A DNA stretch of 31,485 nt from Candidatus Iainarchaeum sp. (GTDB lineage: Archaea > Iainarchaeota > Iainarchaeia > Iainarchaeales > 0-14-0-20-34-12): contig JAUSKK010000011.1 in the NCBI GenBank assembly GCA_030649345.1, positions 1-31,485 on the forward strand, written 5' to 3'. The notes below the pieces were generated by a model, which was not told the DNA's origin, searched no databases, and saw only the letters and a list, made by a program, of their open reading frames with translations. Positions 8,713 to 17,836 of this stretch are shown here, one piece after another. The translations under genes and the position numbers were made by a program. How positions within the stretch are numbered: the first letter of the stretch is position 1; each line of letters starts with the position of its first letter.

Positions 8713-9951
8713 ATGAATTGGAAAAATGGTTTGATAATATTATTTTTGTTTTTATTTTGTTTAAATTCTTTGGCTTTAACTTTTTCAATTACCAATGTTC
8801 GGTACGATCCTATTCCAGCCATTCCTGGAAAAACCATTGATTTATTTGTTACTGTAAAAAATGATTCTACTTTGCCGGCGGAGAATTTTGAATTTGTTTT
8901 AAATCTTCATCCGGATGGAAAGCCTTCGGATTTTCCTTTTTCTTTGGCTGGAGATTCTTTAACCAAGACAGTTTCTTCTTTGGTGGGTGGTCAAAGTACA
9001 GTTATTAAATATACTTTATTAATTGACAACCGGGCTCCTTCGGGTGCTTATTTAATTCAATTTTCATACGGTGCAAGAAATGACGTAAAAAATACTGCAT
9101 TGTATTCTGTTTCAGTTATTGGAAGAAAACCTCAATTGGAATTAATTGAAGTTCCTTTACTGCAAGGTAGACCGGGCGGAATTTTAGAAACTGCTTTGGT
9201 TATAAAAAATGTAGGTGACTCTGATGCGTTTGGTATTTTGGTTGGAGTGGAAGAAGATCGAACAGTTACCACTGCAGGTACTGTAGTTGAACGAGAAATT
9301 TTACCCATTGGATTAAGTTCTACATTTGTGGCAAGTCTTAAAGCAGGAGAACAACAGACTGTAACTTTAAATTTAGGCATTGCCCCCAATATTGCTTTGA
9401 AAACGTATTTTGTTCCAATTAAAATTAGATTCAAAGACTTTAATGGAACTGAATATTTGGTTACTCGAACAATTGGAATTCAAGTGAATGCAGATGCTGG
9501 TTTAGATTTTAGTCTTTCTCAAATTAAGCCTTTGGCTTTTCCTGGACAAACAGTTGAATTATCTTTTGATATTTTTAATCTAGGAGAAGGGCCGGCAAAG
9601 TTTACAATCGTATCTTTGACAGCAGATACTGAAACTGGAATTTTTTTAAATCCAAAAACATATATTGGAACATTGGAATCCGATGATTTTGATTCTTTTA
9701 AAACAAAACTAGAAATTAATTCTGCAAGCTCTACGGGTCAAAAAATTATAACCGTTACAGCTGCCTACAAAGACCAATATGGTTCCGAAAAATCTGTTTC
9801 AAAAACACTTTTTTTGGAAGTATATTCTGAAGCTCAAGCTAAAGCTAAATCAGGCCAGTCTTCGAATGGAATTTTGGATTTAGTTTTGTTAATTGTTGGT
9901 CTGGGAATCATTTTTTGGGTTTATAAAAAATTTATAAAAAAATCCAAATAA
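8713..9951 (+). CDS. Exported, C-terminally anchored surface protein with three beta-sandwich (CARDB/COG1361-like) repeats
   Basis: N-terminal signal-like helix and C-terminal TM plus basic tail (LVLLIVGLGIIFWVYKKFIKKSK). Three internal repeats share the pattern P-G-x-T/I-x-L-x(3)-hydrophobic-x-N-x-G/S. An AGGTGA Shine-Dalgarno sits 7 nt upstream. Confidence 0.6.
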   Translation: MNWKNGLIILFLFLFCLNSLALTFSITNVRYDPIPAIPGKTIDLFVTVKNDSTLPAENFEFVLNLHPDGKPSDFPFSLAGDSLTKTVSSLVGGQSTVIKYTLLIDNRAPSGAYLIQFSYGARNDVKNTALYSVSVIGRKPQLELIEVPLLQGRPGGILETALVIKNVGDSDAFGILVGVEEDRTVTTAGTVVEREILPIGLSSTFVASLKAGEQQTVTLNLGIAPNIALKTYFVPIKIRFKDFNGTEYLVTRTIGIQVNADAGLDFSLSQIKPLAFPGQTVELSFDIFNLGEGPAKFTIVSLTADTETGIFLNPKTYIGTLESDDFDSFKTKLEINSASSTGQKIITVTAAYKDQYGSEKSVSKTLFLEVYSEAQAKAKSGQSSNGILDLVLLIVGLGIIFWVYKKFIKKSK

Positions 9952-9957
9952 TTTGAG

Positions 9958-11196
9958 GTGCTGTTGGTGGATTTTGAAACCTTGAGTGTTGCATTTCGTA
10001 ATCTTCGACGCGAAGGAGTTAGAACTTATCTGACTTTAATTGGAGTCATTATTGGAATTGCTGCAATTGCTGCTTTGTTGTCCATAGGTCAAGGCTTAAA
10101 TTTTGCAATCGAAGAACAATTTCAGCAATTGGGTACAAATACTATTTTTATTACGCCTGGCGGTTTAAGTCCAGGGACTTCGAGTGCTCGCAGTGCTGCA
10201 GTAGCCAGTAGAACTTCTTCTGTTTTGCATGATGCTGATTTGCGTGCTATTGAATCTTTTTCTGAAGTAGATGAAGTGATTCCTCTTTTTTCGTTTAGTT
10301 CGCTTGTAAAACATGCTGCAGAAACTGTTAATTCCAGTATTTTGGCTTTTGATCCAGTAAAAGCAGAGTCTTTGTTGGCCACTGGTTTTATTGAAATTAA
10401 TGAAGGAAGATCCTTTGTTGAAAATGATGTGTTTACTGTTTTGGTTGGAAAAGATTTAGCCGAAAATGGTTTTTTGCGAGAAATTAAACCGCATACTTCA
10501 ATTGAAATTAATGGAAAACGTTTTCGAGTGATTGGAACATTAAAACAAGGCGCTCAAAGTATTGGCGGCGGACCCAATATTTCAAATACTTTAATTTTAA
10601 CCGAGAAAGGATTCAAGCAAGCATTTGGTTCAAGTCAAAGTCCTTTGTTTGTAATGGTGAAAACATTTGATCAAGATTCTACTCTTTCAGCTAAAGAAAA
10701 AATTGACCGTTATTTTGAACGACAATTTGGAGAAAAAGTTTTTACAGTAACCACTTCAGAGCAAGTATTAGAACAAGTAACTCAAGTTTTGGGTTTAATT
10801 TCTTTATTTTTGGTTGGAATTGCTGCCATTTCTTTGGTGGTAGGTTCTCTAGGAATCATGAATGCCATGGTTACCAATGTATTGGAGCGAACTACGGAGA
10901 TTGGCGTCATGAAAGCTATTGGTGCAACCAATTCCAGAATTCTTTCATTGTTTTTAACAGAAGCTGCATTAATTGGATTGATTGGAGGCATTATTGGCTT
11001 GATTTTGGGTTTCTCAGCATCTCAATTGGTCGCTATTCTAGGTCAATCTGCTGGCTTTAACTTAAAAGCTATTTTAGACATTCCAACTATTTTATTCATT
11101 TTAGGCTTTTCAATGTTTATTGGAATGATTTCAGGCTATTATCCTGCCTTGCGTGCTTCTCGCATGGATCCAGTGGATGCCTTACGAAGAGAATAA
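9958..11196 (+). CDS. ABC transporter permease, FtsX/MacB family
   Basis: N-terminal TM (RTYLTLIGVIIGIAAIA), a large extracytoplasmic domain and three C-terminal TMs, ending YYPALRASRMDPVDALR. The start is uncertain: GTG at 9958, or TTG/GTG at 9964/9967 downstream of GAGGTG. Confidence 0.85.
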   Translation: MLLVDFETLSVAFRNLRREGVRTYLTLIGVIIGIAAIAALLSIGQGLNFAIEEQFQQLGTNTIFITPGGLSPGTSSARSAAVASRTSSVLHDADLRAIESFSEVDEVIPLFSFSSLVKHAAETVNSSILAFDPVKAESLLATGFIEINEGRSFVENDVFTVLVGKDLAENGFLREIKPHTSIEINGKRFRVIGTLKQGAQSIGGGPNISNTLILTEKGFKQAFGSSQSPLFVMVKTFDQDSTLSAKEKIDRYFERQFGEKVFTVTTSEQVLEQVTQVLGLISLFLVGIAAISLVVGSLGIMNAMVTNVLERTTEIGVMKAIGATNSRILSLFLTEAALIGLIGGIIGLILGFSASQLVAILGQSAGFNLKAILDIPTILFILGFSMFIGMISGYYPALRASRMDPVDALRRE

Positions 11197-11203
11197 TTTA
11201 GAC

Positions 11204-11926
11204 TTATTTTTTGTGTTTATTAATTTCAGCCCATAACTGTTTATGAACTTGCCCATATTCATCCAGCATTCGTTTAATTCTTTTATATTTCTCTTTATCC
11301 AGCCAGCCTTTATTTTGTTTTAAATATTCTCTAATTTTTTCCGGATGTTCTAATTCTACTTCATAAGCTGCTGGCCGGCTGGGATTTGCAATTGAAATAT
11401 TTGCCGGATTAGCATCTAGTCTAAATCCTGTTTCTTCGAAATCTTTTTTTAATTGCCGTACACTTTCTGTTTTCCTGGATCGAGTTAATCTTTCACCAGC
11501 TTGTTCTACTTCTCTTTGAAATATTCTTGCTTGAAGTTCAGCCCAAGACAGCTCACCGGCGTCCATAGCCCTGAATGCTTTTGCTCTTTTCTTATTTGCT
11601 TTTTGCCAGACTGCCATAGCCTCTTGCAATACTTTATCAGGCTTTGTTTTTTTCGAACGAATTCTATTTTTTTTAGAATCCAAGTCAGTTACTCGAATTA
11701 CTCTTCTTGGAAAAAGTTCGTATGCTAATTTCATGGAAAGATAACGTAACCGAGTATGTAACCTGCGTTCCGGAACTAAATTTCGTCTATGGATGGGTGT
11801 TCGAATAATGGTTCCTTTTTTTCGCTTTCCTTCCAGTTTACTAATTTCCCAAGCACGCGCTGTTCCACCCATTCCAATTAAACGAAAAGTCTTTCCATTC
11901 AGTCTTCGAGTATATTGTCGATTCAT
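11204..11926 (-). CDS. Family-A basic protein of unknown function (paralog of 25417..26025), with possible kinase-like motifs
   Basis: Shares these motifs, with identical spacing, with the other copy: GK[TS]xxLIGxGxxxxAW, LA[YW]xLFP, D-x4-N-x4-NPSxPxxYE, and a C-terminal [ML]L[DE]EY. Lies 15 nt downstream of the preceding gene. Confidence 0.55.
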   Translation of the reverse strand: MNRQYTRRLNGKTFRLIGMGGTARAWEISKLEGKRKKGTIIRTPIHRRNLVPERRLHTRLRYLSMKLAYELFPRRVIRVTDLDSKKNRIRSKKTKPDKVLQEAMAVWQKANKKRAKAFRAMDAGELSWAELQARIFQREVEQAGERLTRSRKTESVRQLKKDFEETGFRLDANPANISIANPSRPAAYEVELEHPEKIREYLKQNKGWLDKEKYKRIKRMLDEYGQVHKQLWAEINKHKK

Positions 11927-11941
11927 AACAGTTTCAATTAA

Positions 11942-13036
11942 TTATTTTCCGAATGCAATAATTTCAATCAAAATTAGTATAACAATAATCAATTCCAACA
12001 CAACCAACAATATTTCGTAAATAGTATTTTGTTTGGCAATACGCATGTCATTCAATTTGCCGTAAATTTCATCCAAGTATTTCATTCGTTCTTCCACGCT
12101 TTTTTCCCATTTTTGCATTTGAAATTCTTCCAAAGCAAACTTGTAAATTTTAGTCAAATATAAGTCTCCAATTGGCTTTAATGCATTTTCTACTTTTTCA
12201 AAAATTTCCACAGACCATAACTTAAATTTAGTAATATCAGTTAATGCTTGTTCTAAATTCTTGGGTTTTCCTGCATGGGCCAATTCTGGGTAAATGCTTT
12301 CCAGTTTTTTATCCAGCAAAGAATCATAAAATCTTAGTTCCAATAACTGGACTTTAGCATACTCTAAAATGTCTATGCTGTCTGAAGATTCAGCTTCATC
12401 TACAATTAAACTGGCTGCAAAATCTACAATCACTAAATCAGTTTCATAATACGACAATGTTCGATTGACACTGGAATAAATTGCTTGTTTGCTTAAAGGT
12501 TGAGTTTCAAATTTTAACAATTGAGCAATTTGTTTTTTGTTTTTTTCTAAAAAATTTTTTCCAGTTAAACTTTTTTCCTGCTGGTAAATATGGAAAATCA
12601 TGTATTCTTCAATGAATTTTTCATGAATTCCTGGGTGAACTGTTGCAGGTATAATTTTTTCCAATAATTCATTGGCTGTTTGTTTTACTTTCTTTTTTTG
12701 TTCTAAATCATTTTCTAATTCAATGGAAAATTGATTTAATTCTTTTAAAGTTCCTTCAAAATCAAAATATTGCATAATGGATAAGACACCGAATTCAAAA
12801 ATTTTAATTTTTTCATCGTATCCCAATGGATTGTTTCCAATATCCATTTTTTTGGTTTGTTTTAACAAAATAGGCGGCACATCATATGTCATGTATTTAG
12901 GTGTATGTCTTCGAATCTGAATTTGCCCAAAGTCTGTTTTTGTCGGTCCCAAAATCTGTTCAGCTTTAGGCAAAAGAATTTCTTCAGCTATGTCAAACAA
13001 GTAAATTTTGATGACTTTGACTTTAAGCTTTTTCAT
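11942..13036 (-). CDS. RMD1/YagE (DUF155)-like protein with a C-terminal TM helix
   Basis: Family assignment is from memory of the DUF155 architecture: a soluble domain followed by a terminal TM with an embedded Glu (YEILLVVLELIIVILILIEIIAF). Not verified by search. Confidence 0.45.
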   Translation of the reverse strand: MKKLKVKVIKIYLFDIAEEILLPKAEQILGPTKTDFGQIQIRRHTPKYMTYDVPPILLKQTKKMDIGNNPLGYDEKIKIFEFGVLSIMQYFDFEGTLKELNQFSIELENDLEQKKKVKQTANELLEKIIPATVHPGIHEKFIEEYMIFHIYQQEKSLTGKNFLEKNKKQIAQLLKFETQPLSKQAIYSSVNRTLSYYETDLVIVDFAASLIVDEAESSDSIDILEYAKVQLLELRFYDSLLDKKLESIYPELAHAGKPKNLEQALTDITKFKLWSVEIFEKVENALKPIGDLYLTKIYKFALEEFQMQKWEKSVEERMKYLDEIYGKLNDMRIAKQNTIYEILLVVLELIIVILILIEIIAFGK

Positions 13037-13088
13037 GCATATATTGAATTCAAACTAGAATAAATGCCTTCGCTGGCTGATTTACAGC

Positions 13089-13502
13089 TTACTGGTCTTT
13101 GTGTTCAATTCTGTATTCTTTCCAGCTAACTTTTCCTTTTTGCACGCTTTCTTTCAGGCTTTTTTCTTGTGCATTCAGCTGGCTTTGTCCTGTTTTAATT
13201 TCTAAGAAAACAATTTCTTCAATTTGTTTTTGATCCATTCCTTTGAATACAATAAAATCTACTGGTTTTCCCAAGAATTTAACTTCAGTTGGAGAATACG
13301 GAAAATTTGGAAAATAGGGTGCAATCTGTTCCGAAAATTGTCCGCTTAAAACAGCACGTGATCGTTTAACTGCATCTTCGCGTTCAAATTGCAGGTTGTT
13401 TTCAGTTTCTTTTTTTGCAAATTTTTTTCCAATAAAAATTCCCAATAGTGTGGCAAATCCTAAAAGAATAATTGCAATAAAAAATATTCCGAATTCAGTC
13501 AT
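13089..13502 (-). CDS. Membrane-anchored endonuclease related to archaeal Holliday-junction resolvase (COG4741-like)
   Basis: N-terminal TM, then RSRAVLSGQFSEQIAPYFP...KFLGKPVDFIVFKG...VFLEIKTGQSQL. This matches my recollection of the family signature. Confidence 0.5.
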   Translation of the reverse strand: MTEFGIFFIAIILLGFATLLGIFIGKKFAKKETENNLQFEREDAVKRSRAVLSGQFSEQIAPYFPNFPYSPTEVKFLGKPVDFIVFKGMDQKQIEEIVFLEIKTGQSQLNAQEKSLKESVQKGKVSWKEYRIEHKDQ

Positions 13503-13552
13503 GACATATTAGTGGTTTAAGATATTTTAATCCTTCTGTTTTATGGATTTTT

Positions 13553-14752
13553 TTACAGTACTTGCTGGCTGTTTTCGATTTCAGGTTTGTAGAAAAACTT
13601 AATTGTTATTGTGGTAAATAATATGGTTAAAAAAATCACAATAAATGCAATGCTTGCAAATAGCTCTGAATTCGGCAAACCATAGGTTGCTGGAAGCTGG
13701 GACATTACAGCTGCCGCCAGTCCTCTGGGCCCCATAAACCAAATTAACTGAATGCCATTTTCAGTTAATCCAGTTTTGCTCATGCTGATATTGGTTCCAA
13801 TATATCGGGCAATCAATATAACAGCTGTTACAGTTATTCCCATTAAAATGAATTCTGGCTTAATTACAAAAATGAGTCCTAAATTTACAAAAAAGAATGA
13901 TCGGATAAAAAAAGTTACTTCTTCTTGAAAATCTAGCAAGTTTTTTGGAAACAATTCTTCTTTGAATCCAGTAAGGCCTGCAAATATTGTACGGTTAGCT
14001 AAAGTTATTCCAAAGACCAATGCCGCGATAGCTCCGCTTCCGCTTAATAATTCGGTTGTAACATACAAAAAAAGAATCAATGCCAAAGTAATCATGTAGG
14101 TAAGTGAATGATCTGTTAGTTTGGGCATTATCATTAACCAAATCAATCCAAAAAATAATCCTAAGACAGTGCCAATAGAAAAAGCACTGGCAATTACTGC
14201 CCACGGAGAATTTCCAGTCATTGGAATTAATAATCCAATGACTGCAACTACAATCACAATTGTAAATGGATCCGTAATAATGGATTCCAATGAAAGCATT
14301 GTTTTAATTTTTTCATTGGCTTGAATTCTGTTTACAATAGATAAGACAACTGCTGCACTGGTTCCTGAGACAATGGCTCCCACTAAAAATGCTTTGATTG
14401 GATCCAGTTGAAAAATAAAAATTAAACTAGTGCTAACCAATAGAATGCTTAATAAAAGATTTACAAGAGAAAGCTTGGTTGAATTTACAAATTCTTTTAA
14501 AAGTTCATTTAATTTTAAGCTTAATCCGCCTTGAAATAAAATAATAATTAATGCAATTGCCGCAAATAAAGGAGTTGCTAGAACAAATAATTCTGTATTA
14601 ATTAATCTAAAAGTTGGGCCAACCAGTACTCCGAATAACATTAACCATAAGACATCAGGTATTCCGGTTTTTTTGAAAATAATTGCTCCAATATATCCTA
14701 AAATAATGGTTAGAGCAATCAAAGTCAGAATGCTTAAAACATTTAAAGCCAT
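13553..14752 (-). CDS. Na+/H+ (cation:proton) antiporter, CPA1/NhaP-type
   Basis: 399 aa with about 11-12 TMs. The N-terminus GAIIFKKTGIPDVLWLMLFGVLVGP is typical of the Na_H_exchanger family. Confidence 0.8.
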   Translation of the reverse strand: MALNVLSILTLIALTIILGYIGAIIFKKTGIPDVLWLMLFGVLVGPTFRLINTELFVLATPLFAAIALIIILFQGGLSLKLNELLKEFVNSTKLSLVNLLLSILLVSTSLIFIFQLDPIKAFLVGAIVSGTSAAVVLSIVNRIQANEKIKTMLSLESIITDPFTIVIVVAVIGLLIPMTGNSPWAVIASAFSIGTVLGLFFGLIWLMIMPKLTDHSLTYMITLALILFLYVTTELLSGSGAIAALVFGITLANRTIFAGLTGFKEELFPKNLLDFQEEVTFFIRSFFFVNLGLIFVIKPEFILMGITVTAVILIARYIGTNISMSKTGLTENGIQLIWFMGPRGLAAAVMSQLPATYGLPNSELFASIAFIVIFLTILFTTITIKFFYKPEIENSQQVL

Positions 14753-14791
14753 TCAAAAATTAAGGGCTTTGTTATTAAAAAGTTGAGTGCT

Positions 14792-16918
14792 TTATTCAAT
14801 ATACACTGGATAGTCTGGTTCAGGTTCTTTTTCAAACAAAGTTAATTGTTTAATTAAGCTTAAATCATTCAAGTCATTGATCAAAATTTTTCTATCAGAA
14901 AAAGTATACAATGCATTGTCTATGTACAAGCTTCTTTTTACATCGGTTCCATCTCCCCAATAATAATATCCTGATTTCTTGAAGGCATCTGGATCATCTT
15001 GGTGAGTAATTCTTCCTTGTTCAGTAAATCCATTTTCTAAGTTTACATTGTATACAAAGGCTCCTTGAATTACATAATCTCCATAGGCATTGGCTCTTTC
15101 ATTGCTCGGCAAATTTTTTTGTTCTTCGGTTAATTCAGCTAACAAAACTGGAATAACCAATAATTGTTTTTCTCGATCAAACAAGAAAGCCTTATGGTCT
15201 TGTAATGCATACGAGTCTGTTCCTCGGTCTCCAATAACAATTTTATGCAATTCAATCGGATGCTCTACATCGCTGACATCAAAGATGGCTAATTTGACTC
15301 CTTGATACCATGCAAAGTCTAAATTTCTATTGGACGTTTCTTCTTCACTGGCATCTAAGGCATCTTTTCCTACTCCAATAATGTGAGTTTCATCAAATGG
15401 ATGCAAATAGTCAGAGTATCCAGGAATTTTTAATTTTCCCAAAACTCTTGGATTGCTTGCATCACTTAAATCTAAAACAAACAATGGATCTACTTTCTTA
15501 AATGTAACCATATATCCTTTGGCGCCCATAAATCTCATGGAATAAATTTTTTCTCCAGGTGCTAAATCTTCTAATTTTCCAACCAATTTCATGTCAGCAT
15601 CAAATACATACACATTATTGGTGCTTGGTTTTTCTGAGTCCCATACTTCGCCAATCGTAGTTGCAATTCTGAAATTGTTTTCAAATTCATCCATGGAAAA
15701 TTGATTCAAAATATGTCCTTTGGCTGAACCATTTCCTTGGTATTCAATTGCTCCATCGTCTAAAGCAAATTTGTGTACAATGGTTTCTTCAGTATTTTCT
15801 TCTTGATTTGGATTTACACTATCCATCATCAAAGGCTGATTGTAATAATTATAATTTACTTCAGCTAAATAAAAATTATTTAAAGAAGCATACACATTTT
15901 CTCCAGAGGCTACAACAGTTTGTTTTACAATTTCTCCTGTAAAATCATCCAAAGGAATGCTGGCCAGAGTAATAAAGTTTTCAGTTTGTACTGGCGGCAA
16001 ATATCCAATATCTCCGCATTCGCCTACAGGTTCAAATCCAGTACCTTGTTCTGTTTCCAATTGTCCTTGTTCTCCTAAACTATCCTTATACAAGGGCAAT
16101 ATTTTTTGATCCAATTTAGGCAAAGGAACATTTAATTCTTTAGCTAAAGAAATCAATTGAGTCCAGCGATAATCTGGATAAGACTGAACAGCTACGTAAG
16201 CATAATTTCCAATTTTTCTGGAACTCAAATAACTTCCTTCAAAATCAATTGTTCGCTGAACATTGGGGTTGCTTTTATTGGTCATATCCCATACTTGAAT
16301 GGTTGCAAAATTTTTAGAATTATACTGCGGATAATAATCTGGAGCAATTCTGGATTGTGCAGGCAAAGGTTCAGTTTCTTGCCATTCTACCTGTTCATAG
16401 GTTGAACCCAATAATACTAAAGTATTTCCTTGAATAAACATCTCTGTTGCATTAAATTGATTCAAATCTTGTTTGAATAAAACTTCAGCTTCGTCTCCAG
16501 GGAATGCTTTGGCTATAATTAAGTGATTTTTAGAAATAATGTATAAATATTGTCCGTCTGTTTTCACAAAGTCTGCTTCATCGACTCCTTCTACTTGAAC
16601 ATTGGTTGAAGAATAATTCGTTGGCCCGGAAGAGGCTGCAGAGGTTTCAGAAGCTCCAACAGATGGCATGGCCGAAGATACTGTCATCATAACTTTGTCA
16701 TAAATTCCATAACCACGATTGGATGAAGGAACTTGAGCAAAAGCTTGCCCTATGGCTGAACAAGATTTAAAGGTTGGAATTTCAGAAAAGCTTGCGCGAA
16801 CTTGAGTAAAGTCATTGACGTCTTGTAATTCGCTTGGATCAGCTCTTTCAGTATCATCTTCTAAACAGCCGGCAATTAACAAAATAGTTAAAATTCCAAG
16901 AATCCAGATTTTTTTCAT
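14792..16918 (-). CDS. Secreted/lipobox beta-propeller domain protein (COG4880 / Beta_propel family)
   Basis: Signal peptide with lipobox (LLIAGC) and the hallmark motif NVQVEGVDEADFVKTDGQYLYII. Confidence 0.8.
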   Translation of the reverse strand: MKKIWILGILTILLIAGCLEDDTERADPSELQDVNDFTQVRASFSEIPTFKSCSAIGQAFAQVPSSNRGYGIYDKVMMTVSSAMPSVGASETSAASSGPTNYSSTNVQVEGVDEADFVKTDGQYLYIISKNHLIIAKAFPGDEAEVLFKQDLNQFNATEMFIQGNTLVLLGSTYEQVEWQETEPLPAQSRIAPDYYPQYNSKNFATIQVWDMTNKSNPNVQRTIDFEGSYLSSRKIGNYAYVAVQSYPDYRWTQLISLAKELNVPLPKLDQKILPLYKDSLGEQGQLETEQGTGFEPVGECGDIGYLPPVQTENFITLASIPLDDFTGEIVKQTVVASGENVYASLNNFYLAEVNYNYYNQPLMMDSVNPNQEENTEETIVHKFALDDGAIEYQGNGSAKGHILNQFSMDEFENNFRIATTIGEVWDSEKPSTNNVYVFDADMKLVGKLEDLAPGEKIYSMRFMGAKGYMVTFKKVDPLFVLDLSDASNPRVLGKLKIPGYSDYLHPFDETHIIGVGKDALDASEEETSNRNLDFAWYQGVKLAIFDVSDVEHPIELHKIVIGDRGTDSYALQDHKAFLFDREKQLLVIPVLLAELTEEQKNLPSNERANAYGDYVIQGAFVYNVNLENGFTEQGRITHQDDPDAFKKSGYYYWGDGTDVKRSLYIDNALYTFSDRKILINDLNDLSLIKQLTLFEKEPEPDYPVYIE

Positions 16919-16981
16919 ACAATTACTAGGGTTGTTCCATTAATTAACCTTTTCGGAACTGTTCGGAATTAACCGAATGAA

Positions 16982-17836
16982 TTAAACCAATGCAATTAGC
17001 ATTAATCCAGCCACAATTCCAACTACAGCCAAATATTTGATTTTTGGAATTTGTTCTTTTAAAAATATGCGGGAAAGAATAACTGAAAGTGCTGAATTTC
17101 CGGAATAAAAAAATGCAGTTAAAGCAATTCCAATGCTTCCGATGGAAAAATTATAGGCTAAAATAGCAATGGTTGAAATAATGCTGGCAATTCCAATACT
17201 AGGAATCTCTGAAAATCCTATGTCTAATTTTCTTCGAGTTAAAACAAAATAAACCAGCAGGCAGATAAAAATTCCTGTTTCAGAATAAAAAATAATATTA
17301 AATGGGTCTAATTCTTGGCTTAAAATTTTCAGAATGGAAAAATAAAAACCCCAGCCCACCAATGTAATAATTGCAGGAGAAATTCCTTTTTCAAAATTTT
17401 TAAATTCAAATCTCTGCAATGCAATAACCAAAGCTCCAATTAAACCAATTCCGGCGCCAGCCAACTGTGTTATTGAAAGTGTTTCATGGAATACAAAAAT
17501 TCCAAATAATAAAACAATTAAAACATGGGCGCTGGAAAAAGGCAAAACTATGGAAAGCTTTCCTTCCTTCATAGCCTTATACAATGCCAAAATTGCAATC
17601 GTTCCAATCAAAATATTTGCGGCCAAAAATGGAATCATATTGGAACTGGGTAATTGAATTTTTGAAAAAATTAACAAAGCTGCCAAAGTTAAAATAAATG
17701 CAAAAAAATATCGAACCAGAATAGTAAAATCTGTGCCTAATTTTTCTAAAGGTTTTTTTACAAATAAATTCGTTGAACCAAAACCCAACAAAGCTAAAAT
17801 TGCATATTCAAAAGATGCCAGAAAAAACCAACTCAA
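16982..17836 (-). CDS. EamA/DMT-family transporter
   Basis: 284 aa with about 10 TMs and a two-fold internal architecture. There is no ATG for 66 codons. The only plausible start is the TTG that directly abuts the upstream TAA. Confidence 0.75.
   Translation of the reverse strand: MSWFFLASFEYAILALLGFGSTNLFVKKPLEKLGTDFTILVRYFFAFILTLAALLIFSKIQLPSSNMIPFLAANILIGTIAILALYKAMKEGKLSIVLPFSSAHVLIVLLFGIFVFHETLSITQLAGAGIGLIGALVIALQRFEFKNFEKGISPAIITLVGWGFYFSILKILSQELDPFNIIFYSETGIFICLLVYFVLTRRKLDIGFSEIPSIGIASIISTIAILAYNFSIGSIGIALTAFFYSGNSALSVILSRIFLKEQIPKIKYLAVVGIVAGLMLIALV

Noticed and set aside
16941-16988. Repeated AATTAACC and TTCGGAA motifs and a TTCGG-aattaa-CCGAA mini-hairpin between the EamA and beta-propeller genes.
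   Set aside because: The stem is only 5 bp. The TTAATTAA element sits at normal TATA distance (about 25 nt) from the beta-propeller ATG. An ordinary promoter or 3'-end region explains the pattern.
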